Shown here piece after piece: positions 39,070 to 51,859 of a DNA stretch of 64,000 bases. Under the pieces are notes generated by a model. The model saw only the letters and a list, made by a program, of their open reading frames with translations, made no database searches and was not told where the DNA came from. The stretch is taken from positions 6,200,001 through 6,264,000 of the forward strand of contig NC_043016.1 of assembly GCF_006345805.1 (NCBI RefSeq), in the 5' to 3' direction. The translations under genes were made by a program, and so were the position numbers. Numbering within the stretch: the first letter of the stretch is position 1; each line of letters begins with the position of its first letter. Origin of the DNA: Octopus sinensis. Taxonomy: Eukaryota.

Positions 39070-40815
39070 AACCCGACACCTCCACACTCGTTCGACCTTG
39101 TCCTTTCACTAATACTGCTTCTCATTCGTGGGCTAGTTCTACCAACAGTGTCTCGGGAGTGGCCATGGGAACGCGAATGGGCCCAACTATGCGAACCTGT
39201 TCGTTGGCTATGTTGAGGCCCAAATATTCTCTAGTTTCACTGGTCCCCGCAAACATCTAGATTCCTTCCTCTCTTTCGTTAAATCCTTCCATCCTGCCCT
39301 CCACTTCTACTGCACTATCTCCAACACCTCAGTGTCTCCTTTCTTGACATTTCGGTCAGCATTCATCACTCCACTCTTACCACCTCCATTCACTATAAAC
39401 ACACAGACTCACACTCATACCTAAACTTCTCCTTCCACCCTAAACCCCAAGCTTTCCATCCCGTATTCCCAATTCCTCCGTCTACGCAGGCTCTGTAGTG
39501 ACGAACATGACTTTGAGACTCAGTCTCAACTCATGGCTCGCCACTTCATCCTACGTGGATACCCCCCTCACCACTATCCACACCGTCCTTGCCAGAGCAC
39601 GTTCTATAGACCATGCATCTGCTCTCTCCTCCTGAACCCGCCCTGCAGTCTCCACCTCCCTTTTCTTCTCACTTACCACCCCATCTCTCCAACACACCAT
39701 TCTCCAAGCTTTCCGGCATCCCCAGTCCGACCCATCCACTTTACACATCCTCCCTAACCGACCCCTACCCTCCTTCAAATGAGCCCATAACATACAAGAC
39801 CTCTTGGTCCACAGCTTCTTCCCCAACCCTACCTCCCAACCTGGCTCGTTCCCCTGCTCCCGCCCACACTGCCGCACTTGCCTTACCTCTCAAAACCACC
39901 CTCCTCCACCGGCACCCATCAACTCCTTCACCTGCACCTCCAGCAATATATATTATCTCTGCTCTCTTCTCTGCCATTCCTGTACATCGGACAAACGGGA
40001 CGCCGCTTGGCTGAACGGTTCGCGGAACAACATCCGAGACTCCGCCTCGCCAATGGCATTCCAGTCTCATGCCAGTTCCGCTCCACCGGTCACTCCTTGC
40101 AACACTGTCTGTGTTCGGATTGTCCTTGCACAGAAGCCATCCGGACTCCCGCTTGCGCTGTGAACAGGGATTAATCTTCTCTTCACTTTTACGCCATTTA
40201 GGCTCAACTCTCCCCACCTTTTCATCTAACCTCCTCCCCGACTTCTACTTCACCCCTACTCTCTTTCCCTCACTCCCCCCGCGCCTCATCACCCCTCTCT
40301 CTCTCCCCCATAAACACAACCCACTCCTACTCCACCTTCCATATCCTTCCAATCCCCCCTCCCCCACCCTATCCATACCACCACACACCTCACCTCTAAA
40401 CATCCTCTACCTACCCCAACCACTCTACCCAACCACATCACCACATCTTTACACCTACATACATACACACATCCCCACACACACGTCCAGCCACCAGCCC
40501 TCTTTCACACGCTCATACATAATCTCTTATACACACATGCACCTTTATGTTGGGGGCTCCTTCGTATTGGGAGTCACTTGACCCTGTTGTCTCCCCTACT
40601 GTCCCTCTCGCCGCTGACCTTTCTGTCCGAGTCAAATGTCATCATAGATCATTAGCTACTACACATTTTTTTCTCTCCTTGTTTTTTTCTGTGTATCTTT
40701 CTGTCGAAGAGCATAGGCTCGAAACGTAAAAGACTTTTTCTATTCCTGAGCGCTATACTAATACATTTGTTTGTTTCTACACCACCTGCCTTCGTCTTAT
40801 TTTCGTAAACTTTCC
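39070..40815 (+). mobile_element. decayed Penelope-like element (RT plus GIY-YIG) with 3' terminal repeat
   Basis: GVAMGTRMG-NYANLFVGYVE; FLDISVS...TSIHYKHTDSHSYLNF; SIPYSQFLRLRRLCS; PGSFPCSRPHCRTC; LYIGQTGRRLAERFAE (GIY-YIG). Ends in a hammerhead-like motif followed by a microsatellite. Confidence 0.88.
40696..40733 (+). ncRNA. minimal hammerhead-like motif with variant core
   Basis: UCUUU-CUGUCGAA-GAGC(AUAG)GCUC-GAAA-CG-UA-AAAGA: 5-bp stem I, 4-bp stem II and palindromic ACGU stem III intact; A6 replaced by U. Confidence 0.6.
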
Positions 40816-41614
40816 CTTTATATATACATACATATACACATATGTATATATACCTATGTATACACATATATATATATACCTATGTATACACATATATATA
40901 TATACACTTATATATATATGTATATATATATACACACACATATATATACACACACACACACACATATATATACACACACACACACATATATATACACACA
41001 CACATATATATACACACACACATATATATACACACACACATATATATACACACACACACATATATATACACACACACACACACATATATATACACACACA
41101 CACAACATATATATACACCACAACACACACATATATATACACACACACACACACACAATATATATACACACACACACCACACACATATATATACACACAC
41201 ACACACACATAATATATATATATATATATTATATATACACGTTGTATATACATATATACATGTATATATAAATAGATGAGTGTATTTTTGCCTTGTTAAC
41301 AATTAACACGGAAAAAATAAATAAATAGCTACCATGGTAGCAAAAAATATCACACAAGTAAAGAGGTTGTAACTCCTTGTTTATAAAGGTAGAAACATTG
41401 TTTACGTGGAATTTTTTGTATAATATATAAATAAATAGAGTTTAATGCAGGTATAAATCAAATACTTTTACTTTCGACACACGTTTTGAAAATTTCATTG
41501 ATGTTATTCAAAAGAATAAATGGTATAAAACAAAACAATCTTCTCTTCAGGAAAGTGAAAAAAAAAACGCTACTCGTCAATAAGACACTCCAGCAAAAAA
41601 TCTGTATTTTTTTT

Positions 41615-42030
41615 TTAAATTTCAGCTGCAAAGCTGTAGTCATGCTTGAGCACCACCATTACTTGGAACCTCCTCTGATATGTGGCATTTGGTCAATGAG
41701 GGGGTTTGATGCTGCTGCCCTCATGTGTGTTTCCTTCTGGGAGGTAGGCTTCTCTGGAATCTGTATCAGGAAGCGATCCAGTTTTGTTTTACAGACACTT
41801 ACATCCACACCATGGAGATCTCTCAGGCATTTTGGAAGGATATTAAAGAGCTGTGGGTCCTTGAAGCCCAAGCTGTTGCAGTATCTAGTCCTGTATTTTG
41901 ATGGCGATGCTGGGAACTTTGGCACCATGCAGTTTGAGTAACTTTCTATGCCAAAGTTTGGTACAAGACCTAGGATTTTCCAGAAGTATATCACTGCATA
42001 TCTCTCCCACCTTCATTCCAGGAAGAGTTT
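41615..42030 (-). mobile_element. CR1-type LINE 3' end
   Basis: ORF 41659..41994 SKYRTRYCNSLGFKDPQLFNILPKCLRDLHGVDVSVCKTKLDRFL. Its 3' tail is also seen at about 57375-57430 (+). Confidence 0.75.
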
Positions 42031-43261
42031 TAATTTACACCTATATGTGTGTGTGTGCGTATATACATATCTATAAAAGTGTGTATATATATACACACAC
42101 ACGTGTCTATATATATATATATATAAATGTATGTGTGTGTGTGTGTATATATATATATATACACATACACACACACACAAATATGTATATATACATGCAT
42201 ATGTGAATATGTGTAAAACAAGGAATTCTTTTGTATAGATCTATCCTCTAAATTTCTGAAATCCAGTCTTGCTAACCATTTCTCTCACCTTCAAATACAA
42301 TCAAGAAACCCTAATTCCACTGGACTTACTAAATTATTCTGGCAACTTAGACTAACTGCTTTCTTCAGAATGGAAAATTTTATCTAGATCTCTTCCTTAT
42401 GATAAAGGGAAATCTTTTTGTCGTCTCTGTACAAAGTGCAATTTTTTATTCTCTTTACCAAATATAAACTGGTAAATAGATTTAGGGAAATAGTATACAG
42501 GCATATGGCATAGTGGTTAAGAGTGCAGGCTGCTAACCTCAAGATTCCGAGTTCAATTCCAACCAGTGACCTGAATAATAACAACAACATCGAAAAATAC
42601 CTTAGGAATGAGAACCCAGGTTCAAACGTTCCCCAAGTTATCTGATAATGGCTGGAGGGTATATCAGCTGAAATGTTATGTTAACAACAAGATTCATCTC
42701 TTAAATATAGAACTGTACTATCTACCCATTACTTAATAATTTTCTGCAAATTATGTTTTCTTTATTCTTCTATCTCACTTCTCCTTACCTTTATTCTTCC
42801 TTTTTTTCTCTCTCTCTCTCTTCCTACCTTTATCTATACAATTTTGCCTATTATCCTCTCCTCTTTCTCCCCCTCCCCTTTTTACCTTGTTTTCTCTTTT
42901 CCTTCTCCCTATATTTCTGTTTTCTTCTTCTCCCACCCAATGAAGCATATTTCCTTAACGACACGTAAATTTTTAGCATTCCCTCAATACATGGCTTTCC
43001 ATAGATGTATATGCATATATATCTGGTTTTGCTCCTGTATATATGTATGCTATGTTTGTATACAAACATGTATATGTACTTAAGTAAATCTCTGTGTATG
43101 TATGTATGTGCTTGCTTCTAAATCTGTTTTGGGATATGTATGCTCTTATGCATGTATGTGAACGTGTGTTTATGTGTATAAGTAGATGGATGTAAACGTC
43201 TATTAACATATACGTATGTATTTATGTATGTGCTGTGAGTATATGGATGAGTGTATGTATG

Positions 43262-43692
43262 AGGCCAGGATAATGCATGCAATACTGAAAAGGAGATTTA
43301 AGAATGTTATGATCGAGAAGGTGAATCACAATGACCTCTTTTTGTGTGCACAGTTTGGTTGCTGGGCTCAAATCTCATTTGCAAACCCATAGAAAACGCA
43401 CCTCCACCAACTATTTTATGTATGTGTCTGTGCACACCTTTCAATACCATGTATGCCAGAAGGTTCTGATGATGGGTTTTTTGCAGCTGAAATACCTTTG
43501 CAAATCCGAGGCCTTAAAAGACATTTTAAGATCTACAAAGATCAGAACTTAACTTCAGCTTTTGGTGGTCCAAATCAGATATGTAATCTACGTGGGTGTC
43601 TTTTCAAGACATTGTCTAGTTTAAAAAGCCACATCAGATGGTGTACATACAGAAGGTGGTCAAAATCTGCATAAGGTGTAGACAACCACCAC
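43262..43692 (+). mobile_element. RTE-like LINE 3' end with degenerate C2H2-type motifs
   Basis: AGLKSHLQTH and CNLRGCLFKTLSSLKSHIRWC; frameshifted. Confidence 0.55.
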
Positions 43693-43859
43693 CATGTGTG
43701 AGTGTGTATGTCTGCATACATACATGCTTGTCTTGGTAAAATTTAAATATAGATATGTATATAAATATGTGTGTATGTGTGTGCATATATGTATGTGTGT
43801 GTATATACATGTATATATATGTATATGTGTGGATATATGCGTGTGTGCATATATATATA

Positions 43860-43902
<43 letters not shown>

Positions 43903-43978
43903 GTATATATATGTATAGTCAGAATTTACAAAAAAAAAGACGAAGGGAAGTTTGTATATGTGTATACATGAGTGTATA

Positions 43979-44052
<74 letters not shown>

Positions 44053-44441
44053 TATGTGTATCTATATTTTCTCTCCCTGTTTATTTCTGTGTTGCTTTAT
44101 ATAAATATATATATATATAAAACATAAATAATATACAAACATATGCATATACACATACGTATATGTACATACCTACATCTATATGTATATATACACACAT
44201 ATATGGGTACAGGACACCAAAAACATTGATATACACACATATATAGTTGTAATTTACAAAAAAATAAAAAACAAAACATGTATTGGCTTAACAGCCAGGA
44301 AGTGAGAAAGTGTTATGTTTCGCCCCTACGCTCTTCAACAGAAAAGGAACACAGAAATAAACAGGGACAGAAAATAAATATACACACACACACACATATA
44401 TATGAATATATGTGCGTATATATGTGTGTATATATATATGA

Positions 44442-44472
<31 letters not shown>

Positions 44473-44860
44473 AATATATATGTGTGTGTGTGTATGTATG
44501 TTATATATATATATATAGGTATGTGTGTGTGTTGCTGGTGTATATACACACAACAAATATTCTATATATTAATATTGAAATTATATATATATATATATAT
44601 AGGTATGTGTGTGTTGCTGTGTGTATATACACACAACAAATATTCTATATATTAATATTGAAATTATATATATATATATATATATAATATATTATATACA
44701 CACAAATATATCAATATAAAGTGATTGTTTCTTATCAGGAACAAAATGCTTAATAGGACTGCCGTAGAAGTGCTCAATTAAATGAGACAAATTAAACTAT
44801 GGTTGCAGAACAAACAAGTATAAGGTCATCCACGTAACATTTCAAACGCCATGCATCCTG

Positions 44861-45054
44861 GTATATACAGAATTTAAAGTTTAAATTAAATTATTAACGA
44901 TTTCCCTCTATAAGAAGATCTATATGTATCTTCTCAGACGATACTCAGTTGCTGTCTCTTATAAGTAAATTTAGATTTCCATTCTACAACATCAATGGCT
45001 TCTCATACAGGTGAATTGTTAAATAATTTAATTTAAACTCAATCCTGTATATAC
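44861..45054. mobile_element. MITE-like element with about 40-bp imperfect TIRs
   Basis: gtatatacagaatttaaagtttaaattaaattattaacgatt pairs with aattgttaaataatttaatttaaactcaatcctgtatatac. Confidence 0.6.
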
Positions 45055-45454
45055 AAGGACCTGTATGTATCGAAACATTTGTAGCGATTAAAAAACTGCC
45101 TAACCATACTTACTCTTTCTTTTGACCCTTTTTACTTTTTATTTTCACACACAAGGAATACCTAAAACTAGAATTGGTAGCATACCATAAGAATACTACG
45201 GGTTATTTGGGAATTCTAAGGGTGAACAAGCTCTATTTGTACTCTTATACGTTAACAGAACACACCTCAACTATATATGAACATGTGTGTGTGTATGGTG
45301 CATATATATATATATATATAGGCACAGGAGTTCAGTCCCACTGTATGGCACCATGGGCAAGTGTCTTCTACTATAGCCTTGGGTTGACAAAAACCTTGAG
45401 TAGATTAGGTAGATGGAAACTGCAAGAATCCCATCATGCATGTATGTGTAAATA

Positions 45455-45790
45455 GTGAAGGCGCACGGCTCAGTGGTTAGAGCGTTGAGCTTACGATTGT
45501 GAGGTTGTGAGTTCGATTCCCAGACCATGCTGCATGTTGTATTCTTAAGCAAGACACTTTATTTCACGTTGCTCCAGTTAACTTAGCTGTAGAAATGAGT
45601 TACGACATCACTGGTGCCAAGCTGTATTGGCATTTGCCTTTCTCTTGGATAACATCAGTGGTGTGGAGAGGGGGGGGGGGGCTGGCATGCATGGGTGACT
45701 GCTGGCCTTCCACAAAGAACCTGCCCGGAATTGTGCCTTGGAGGGTAACTTTCTAGATGCAATCCCATCGTCATTCATGACCGAAGGGGG
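45455..45790 (+). mobile_element. tRNA-derived SINE (third family)
   Basis: ggctcagtggttagagcg (A box) and gtgagttcgattccc (B box) followed by a cttaagcaagacacttt core. Confidence 0.75.
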
Positions 45791-46189
45791 TCTCCTCATG
45801 CATGTGTGAGTATATTTGTGTGTCTGTTTGGTCGACCCCAACAGGGCTCCAGCAGGGTCACAGTCAAATGACTGAAACAAGAATAAAAGAATGTGTTTTT
45901 GTGTATATATTTGTGTGTGTGTGTATGTATCTATACATGTGTGTATACAAACATTCACACATAAATTCATATACATACACTTACACATACTGATGTATTT
46001 GGACATTGTATTTTGTGTAGGTATATAGATAGGACTACAGTATCCAATCCAATATGTCCATTTTTTAAAATGGTAGAGAGTGATTTGAGGAAGATTTGTT
46101 ATTCAAGCAAATGCCAATTGGACCCTCCCTCAATGTTTCTTTAATAATTGAAATTCCATAGTTATGAAAAGCCAAGAGTTATTACTTAC

Positions 46190-46239
46190 TTTTCCAGTTC
46201 CAATACGTGATAGCGTAAAACCCGAATAGCTTCAATCAT
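46190..46239 (-). CDS. isolated exon of a Meis/PKNOX (TALE homeobox, MEINOX domain)-like gene
   Basis: atgtttcag|ATG ATT GAA GCT ATT CGG GTT TTA CGC TAT CAC GTA TTG GAA CTG GAA AA|gtaagt = MIEAIRVLRYHVLELE(K), 13/17 identical to the Meis MIQAIQVLRFHLLELEK motif with the same exon start. Other exons not securely found. Confidence 0.7.
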
Positions 46240-47152
46240 CTGAAACATATGAATTATGTAAAATGTGTCTTAATATCAGGTATGAAAAATTGTTAAATAA
46301 GTTAAAATTTTTCCAGGATTATAACAAGAAATCATGACTTATTCACTACACAATAAAACTGAACAGAAAAAATACATGATTCCACTAAATATGAGTAGTA
46401 ATTACAGTAATCTACGCAATGATACAGCACACAAAATATATTTGGAAATTCATATCCAACATACTTTAAAGCCAACTACAAAGTGTACAACAATGCCATA
46501 GTTATCACTTCAGTTTTAACATATTAAAACATTTAACATCCTGTTCAAAAGTCTTGCAAATGACTGAACAGAAAATAAATAAAAATGGGTTTATTTATTC
46601 AAATTTACTTGAGGTATTTACTTAAGGTCAGATGACTGTGATAATTGCCAGTATTGCAGAAAAGACTTAGTCATTTGTCATAAAAATAATTATGTTCATT
46701 TATAGCTATTAACTCACTCTAAGAGATACTAAAAAAAAACAATGTGAAGTAATAAAACATTGTAAGTAACAAACATGGACATACAAATATCACAAACAAA
46801 AAAGTTGATTTTATGTTTTTTAATTATAAAATTTGCAGCTAAGCTGAACTGATTCAGAGAAAAACTAACCAGGTATGCATGAAAGTCTAAACACTGAAGA
46901 GATGATTTAACAAGATTGTATATTTCAACAAGCAATTATATACTCCAGACAGTAATTTGCCAGAACATGTACGTTTTATAAAGCGTAAGTTACCAAATAC
47001 GATTCCTGTATTTTATTAGGTTGCTCATGTCCCATGGTTTGATGCCTGAAGTCATATTGTACTGGATGTAGGAATGCAATATGGGACTTAAAACTAAGCC
47101 CAAAACTTTGGCTTCATATCACATTTCATAGTGCATACACATTTGATACACA

Positions 47153-47193
<41 letters not shown>

Positions 47194-47339
47194 GTGTGTG
47201 TACATACATATTTTTATCTGGTAAGCATGTATACATATTTGCTGATATATATACATATATGTATACAGTGGCTGAGCTTCTTTCAAGTGATTGGCTTCAT
47301 GGAGGCAATGATGAGACCTTTGGCATTTTGCTGTGCTTG

Positions 47340-47580
47340 AAAAGACCCATCAAGCCAAACAAAACCACAGCCGTGACAGATACTAGTGTCACACAAAAGG
47401 CACTTGTGCCAGTGACACGTAAAACCACCTATTATACTCCTAGATTAGTTGGCATAACGGAGGGCATCCAGCTGTAGAAACCATGCTAAATCAGTCTGGA
47501 GTCTGGTGCAGCCTTCCAGCCCTGGTCAAACCATCCAACTCATGCCAGCATGGACAACAGACATTAAATGATGATGATAT
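47340..47580 (+). mobile_element. decayed RTE 3'-UTR copy
   Basis: gggcatccagctgtagaaacc...ccatccaactcatgccagcatgg...taaatgatgatgat. Confidence 0.7.
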
Positions 47581-49155
47581 ATATGACACACCTGTATGTG
47601 TATATGTATATATATATATATATAAAAACATACACACATATACAGGCATACATACACACCTTAAACAGAAAAGCAATAATATTGACACACCCACTAACAT
47701 ACACTGGTTCATTTACTTCCTTTATTTTACATCATGTAAAGCAACTTACAAACTTTCCCTACCCACTCCAGATCCAGAGCTTTCCATTACTCTCCTTATA
47801 CAATTCCTGAATTCCAGCTACAGCTGTAGTCAGTAGTCAGGTGAAATTAGAGTAGACTGGGTAGGATATAATAAACATACCTTTCCACTACACCTGCAAT
47901 TGCATTCTATATCATACAATGCTTGCATTGTATGCATCATGAAGCTGGTTATACTTTTATATATATAAATTTAAATGATCAGAAAATTGAGAAAACCTAT
48001 AAACAAATATCAGTTGATTATTTTTTAATACAAAACATGCCATGTTTTGTATAAAAAAATAATCAACCGATGTTGGTCAATTTGTTAATCATAAGTTTTC
48101 TCCGTTTTCTGATTAATTTGATCCCTCATAAACTTTTGTTTATTTTGTTGTTACCTGTACCCTATAAGCATAGTGTGCCTACATATCCATGCTCAGGGAC
48201 AGAATTGTAATTGATACCGATAGTAAGAACAGATACTATTATCCCTCAGATGGTTATTACAACTGCTAACTCTGCTTACCTTTATTATATATATAAAAGA
48301 GTAGTTTAGTAATTAAGTATATAACTGGTGCAGAATGAATCTCTTAAACCAATAAGCTTTGTAATCTACCAGAATTAGTTTTTCTACCATTAATATGGCA
48401 TTGTTAGCAGCTTTGTTATCACTGCAAAGTATTTTGTGAAACACTCCTCATAATTCTTGACAGCTTCACCAATTACTCATACACTAGTAGTTTGTACCAC
48501 TTTTTCACTAATTGTTTTGTGCTTATATTAGTCATGAGCCGATATAGATATACTTAGTCCGCCCAACTTTGATCCAGCAAAACATTGAGAATATGAAAAC
48601 TAGAGAGAGGTGGGGGAGAAAATGTGGCCCATGGCTGATGTTTATTTACAGCTGAGTAGAGTGAAGAAACGTGAACTGGTGTACCTTACCCAAGAACACA
48701 ACTAGTCCAGGAATTGAACCTATAATCTTATGATTACGAGTCCCACTCGAACACAATTCCATGCAGTTTCACTAATTCTGACTGCTGATATTCATTTTGA
48801 TCCTTCAGCATTTCATCCAAGAGGTGCAAAATGTAGTCAGTCCTTAGAAATGAGCAAAACCATACACTATGCTTAAAGTCAAATTACAGGGACATCTATA
48901 TGAAAATGAAAGTCAGAAATTTTTAAAGGTTCCAAGAGCACTGAATTACAAGGCATACTTATTAAGTAGTTTACGACAGAACAACAGTTCAAACATTTAG
49001 ATAGTAATGTTTATAAGGGAAGCCTATTTTTTATTTTTACTATAGCCCAGCAATGGCTAGGCCCAAGGGTTGCTAGATTTATGAAGCCCAAACTGTACAT
49101 GAAACAAAGTCAGTGTGGAAAAAGGCATATATGCACACACACTCACATGTGAGCA

Positions 49156-49192
<37 letters not shown>

Positions 49193-51074
49193 GTGCACAG
49201 AGATATGTGTATATAATAATATACATATTAGTTGGTGCTTCAACAAGACCTTGGTTGTGATGGCTGAAGAACAATTACGTGGCAAAGATTAGCAAATAGC
49301 CTGTATTGGAAACAATTCCAACAGATGTCTTCATAGACACAAAAGAAATGGTAAATATATTAGCCATGACAGTATCAACATAGTGGTAGTATTTTAAAAT
49401 GTTCAGCGATGCTAATAAAATCTCTTAAGCCCCTGGAACGTGTATAGTTAAAATGTAATTCTACAGCTGTTTGGAATGCATCCAGATGCAGGTAAATGTG
49501 AGGAACCTTAAATGTTGTTTACCTAGAATTAATCATTTCATAATCCAAATTGTTATAATTATGTATAATGATGATAATAAACAATATCTTTCATATTTCA
49601 TTTACATGCAACACATACTGAAACTGGATTAGATATTTCCTGAATAATGAAAACAGACATTTACTAAATATATTAGCTCAAGCAAAAATAAATTAATTAA
49701 ACGTCTTCCAATTATGTTGTAATCATCACAGAAATTATTTTAGGTATGATTGCCATTATAAAAAAAAAAAATTATGGAGCTTACAAGAAAAACTATACCG
49801 AAACATACATCCAAATTAGAGCTAGCTCCAAACCAAAGAGGAATCTCCATACATGGATGCCCACAAGACCTGTTAGAAATAGCAGCCAGATCACCTTCAA
49901 ATCATACCACTCTATTGTCTTAAAGTGAGAGAAGGAACACACACACACACACACACAATGTAATCTTCGACACCTCCAAAATGAGGGGATGGCCAGAAAT
50001 GGAACGACTACGAGCACAACTAGCCGAAGAAGATTAACCCACACCTAGCCAGCTCGTTAATAACAAAAGTTGTTTCTTTCATTATATATTTACTTCACTG
50101 TTTAAATATACGATTCAAAAGAAAATGAATTGCTGGAGTTTATTTAAAACAATGGAAATATCGCATCTTTAATGAGGAAATGATGGCAGTGGTTATAGAG
50201 TCAGTGATTGTGGCTGGTGGTGGTGGTGGTAATAATTAAGAAATACAAGTCAGGAACCGAGTGTATTTATGGGAGGAGGGTAGGATAGACGATTAAATCG
50301 ATTATTATTTTACTGGTACTTTGTCGAGCAAGCAAGGGTCGCTTTTAAGACGAGCTTCAACTGCCAAATTATAATTAAGAGCGGCTTAAATGTCTTCAGA
50401 TTACATATGACCGAGAAAGACATGTGACATAGAAAGAAAAGCCGAGACGGACACGCTTGGAAGAGTTTTTGAAAGTAGTTCTGCTCGGTCGGGTGTTGAA
50501 GAGGTGAACAACGAGTACATAATTATATCTTCACTCAGGAAAGATGAAAGGGAAAAAATTGAAGCCAGGCGGGATTCCAGTTCAGAGCATTGATTTCTTA
50601 CAAAAGCACAAGGCCTCAGATTTTAGTGAGATAATATATGTAACTGATTAAACCGATTACTGTATTACATTAGCACTTAAGCTATATTCCCTCTGCAGTG
50701 AGAGGAGTTGAATGGCAGAGCCAACCTAAGCTGGACTCGAAATCCAAACCTGGTAGAAACAAGATTACATTTCTGTGTGGTGGAGAGAGAAAAAGAAATG
50801 GACAAGATGAAATGTGTTGGACAATAATTACATCAAATCAATATTTAACTGGTAATTTACTATATCTATTTACATCAGGAAGGATGAAAAACAAAGTTTC
50901 TTGCTAGGCGTGATTCGAATTCATAAAACAGAAACGATGCGAATAATAGGCACAAATAATTATAAATGTTTTGACGAAAATTTTGTGCGTCGGCCATCTT
51001 GTTTGACATTAGTGGAGAATAAAGAGAATAGAATGGAATATACATATAAATGTCTGTCTGTGTGTGTGAGTGTC

Positions 51075-51360
51075 TCACTCTCTGTGTATATGCAGATATA
51101 GACAGATAGATGGATGGATGGATGGATGGATGATACATGATAGACAATAGATGGATGATAGATAGATAGATATAGATAGAGAGAGAGAGAGAGATAGACA
51201 GACAGATGATAGATTGATACATAGATGGAATATAGATGATAGATAGGGTTGGATGGGAGATAGATAGATGATTGATAGATAGAAGATAGATATAGACAGA
51301 CAGAGAGATAGATAGACAGGCAGTATTTTTTGCATGTATATAATGCATAGACATACATAG
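51075..51360. repeat. compound (GATA)n/(GATG)n/(GA)n microsatellite
   Basis: Directly visible. Confidence 0.9.
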
Positions 51361-51859
51361 TAACACAGAAGGCTACAATGAAATAATGTATCTTTATCAG
51401 TGATAGACGAATAAAATGAAGATATGGAGACTAAAGAGGGGAAATATATCTTAGCCATGCAATATTGCTGTGGTTAAGAAAATGTCAGCTTTATGTGATG
51501 TGCACTAGAAGAGGAAAAATAATTTGTGCTTAACAAAGTGAATTTAAGAGTTTGTTGCGAGTCGGGTGGACGCCATCTTACACGAGAACAAGGTTGAAAG
51601 TATTAAATAGTTGAGAGAGAGACAAGGTAGAAACACCTCTGCTACTGTGTCTATGTATGCATGTTATGTGCGTGTAAACTCAAAAGCAGATTGGCATTAA
51701 ATTAAATGGATTGGCAGAATGGTTAGAGCATCGGTCAAAATGCCTCTGGTCTTTCTGCTACGTCCCCCTTTTTTACGTTCTGTGTTCAAACACCACCGAG
51801 GTCGACGTGCCTTTCATCCTCTGAGGGTTGGAGTCGATTTTATAACCTTACAATGCATT

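Noticed and set aside
40771-41302. Many 100-170 aa [12 protein letters not shown] ORFs (also about 23.5, 36.3, 43.7, 44.3, 51, 56 and 57 kb)
   Set aside because: Stop-free translations of dinucleotide microsatellites.
41335-41365. LCDIFCY on the minus strand resembling Meis ELCDNFC
   Set aside because: No acceptor in the right position, and the following residues do not match.
42501-42570. tRNA-like sequences (also 45460 and 27897)
   Set aside because: SINE heads with incomplete cloverleaf; not called as tRNA genes.
50300-50600. CpG-rich coding-like segment
   Set aside because: No frame over about 60 codons with a recognisable motif or paired splice sites.
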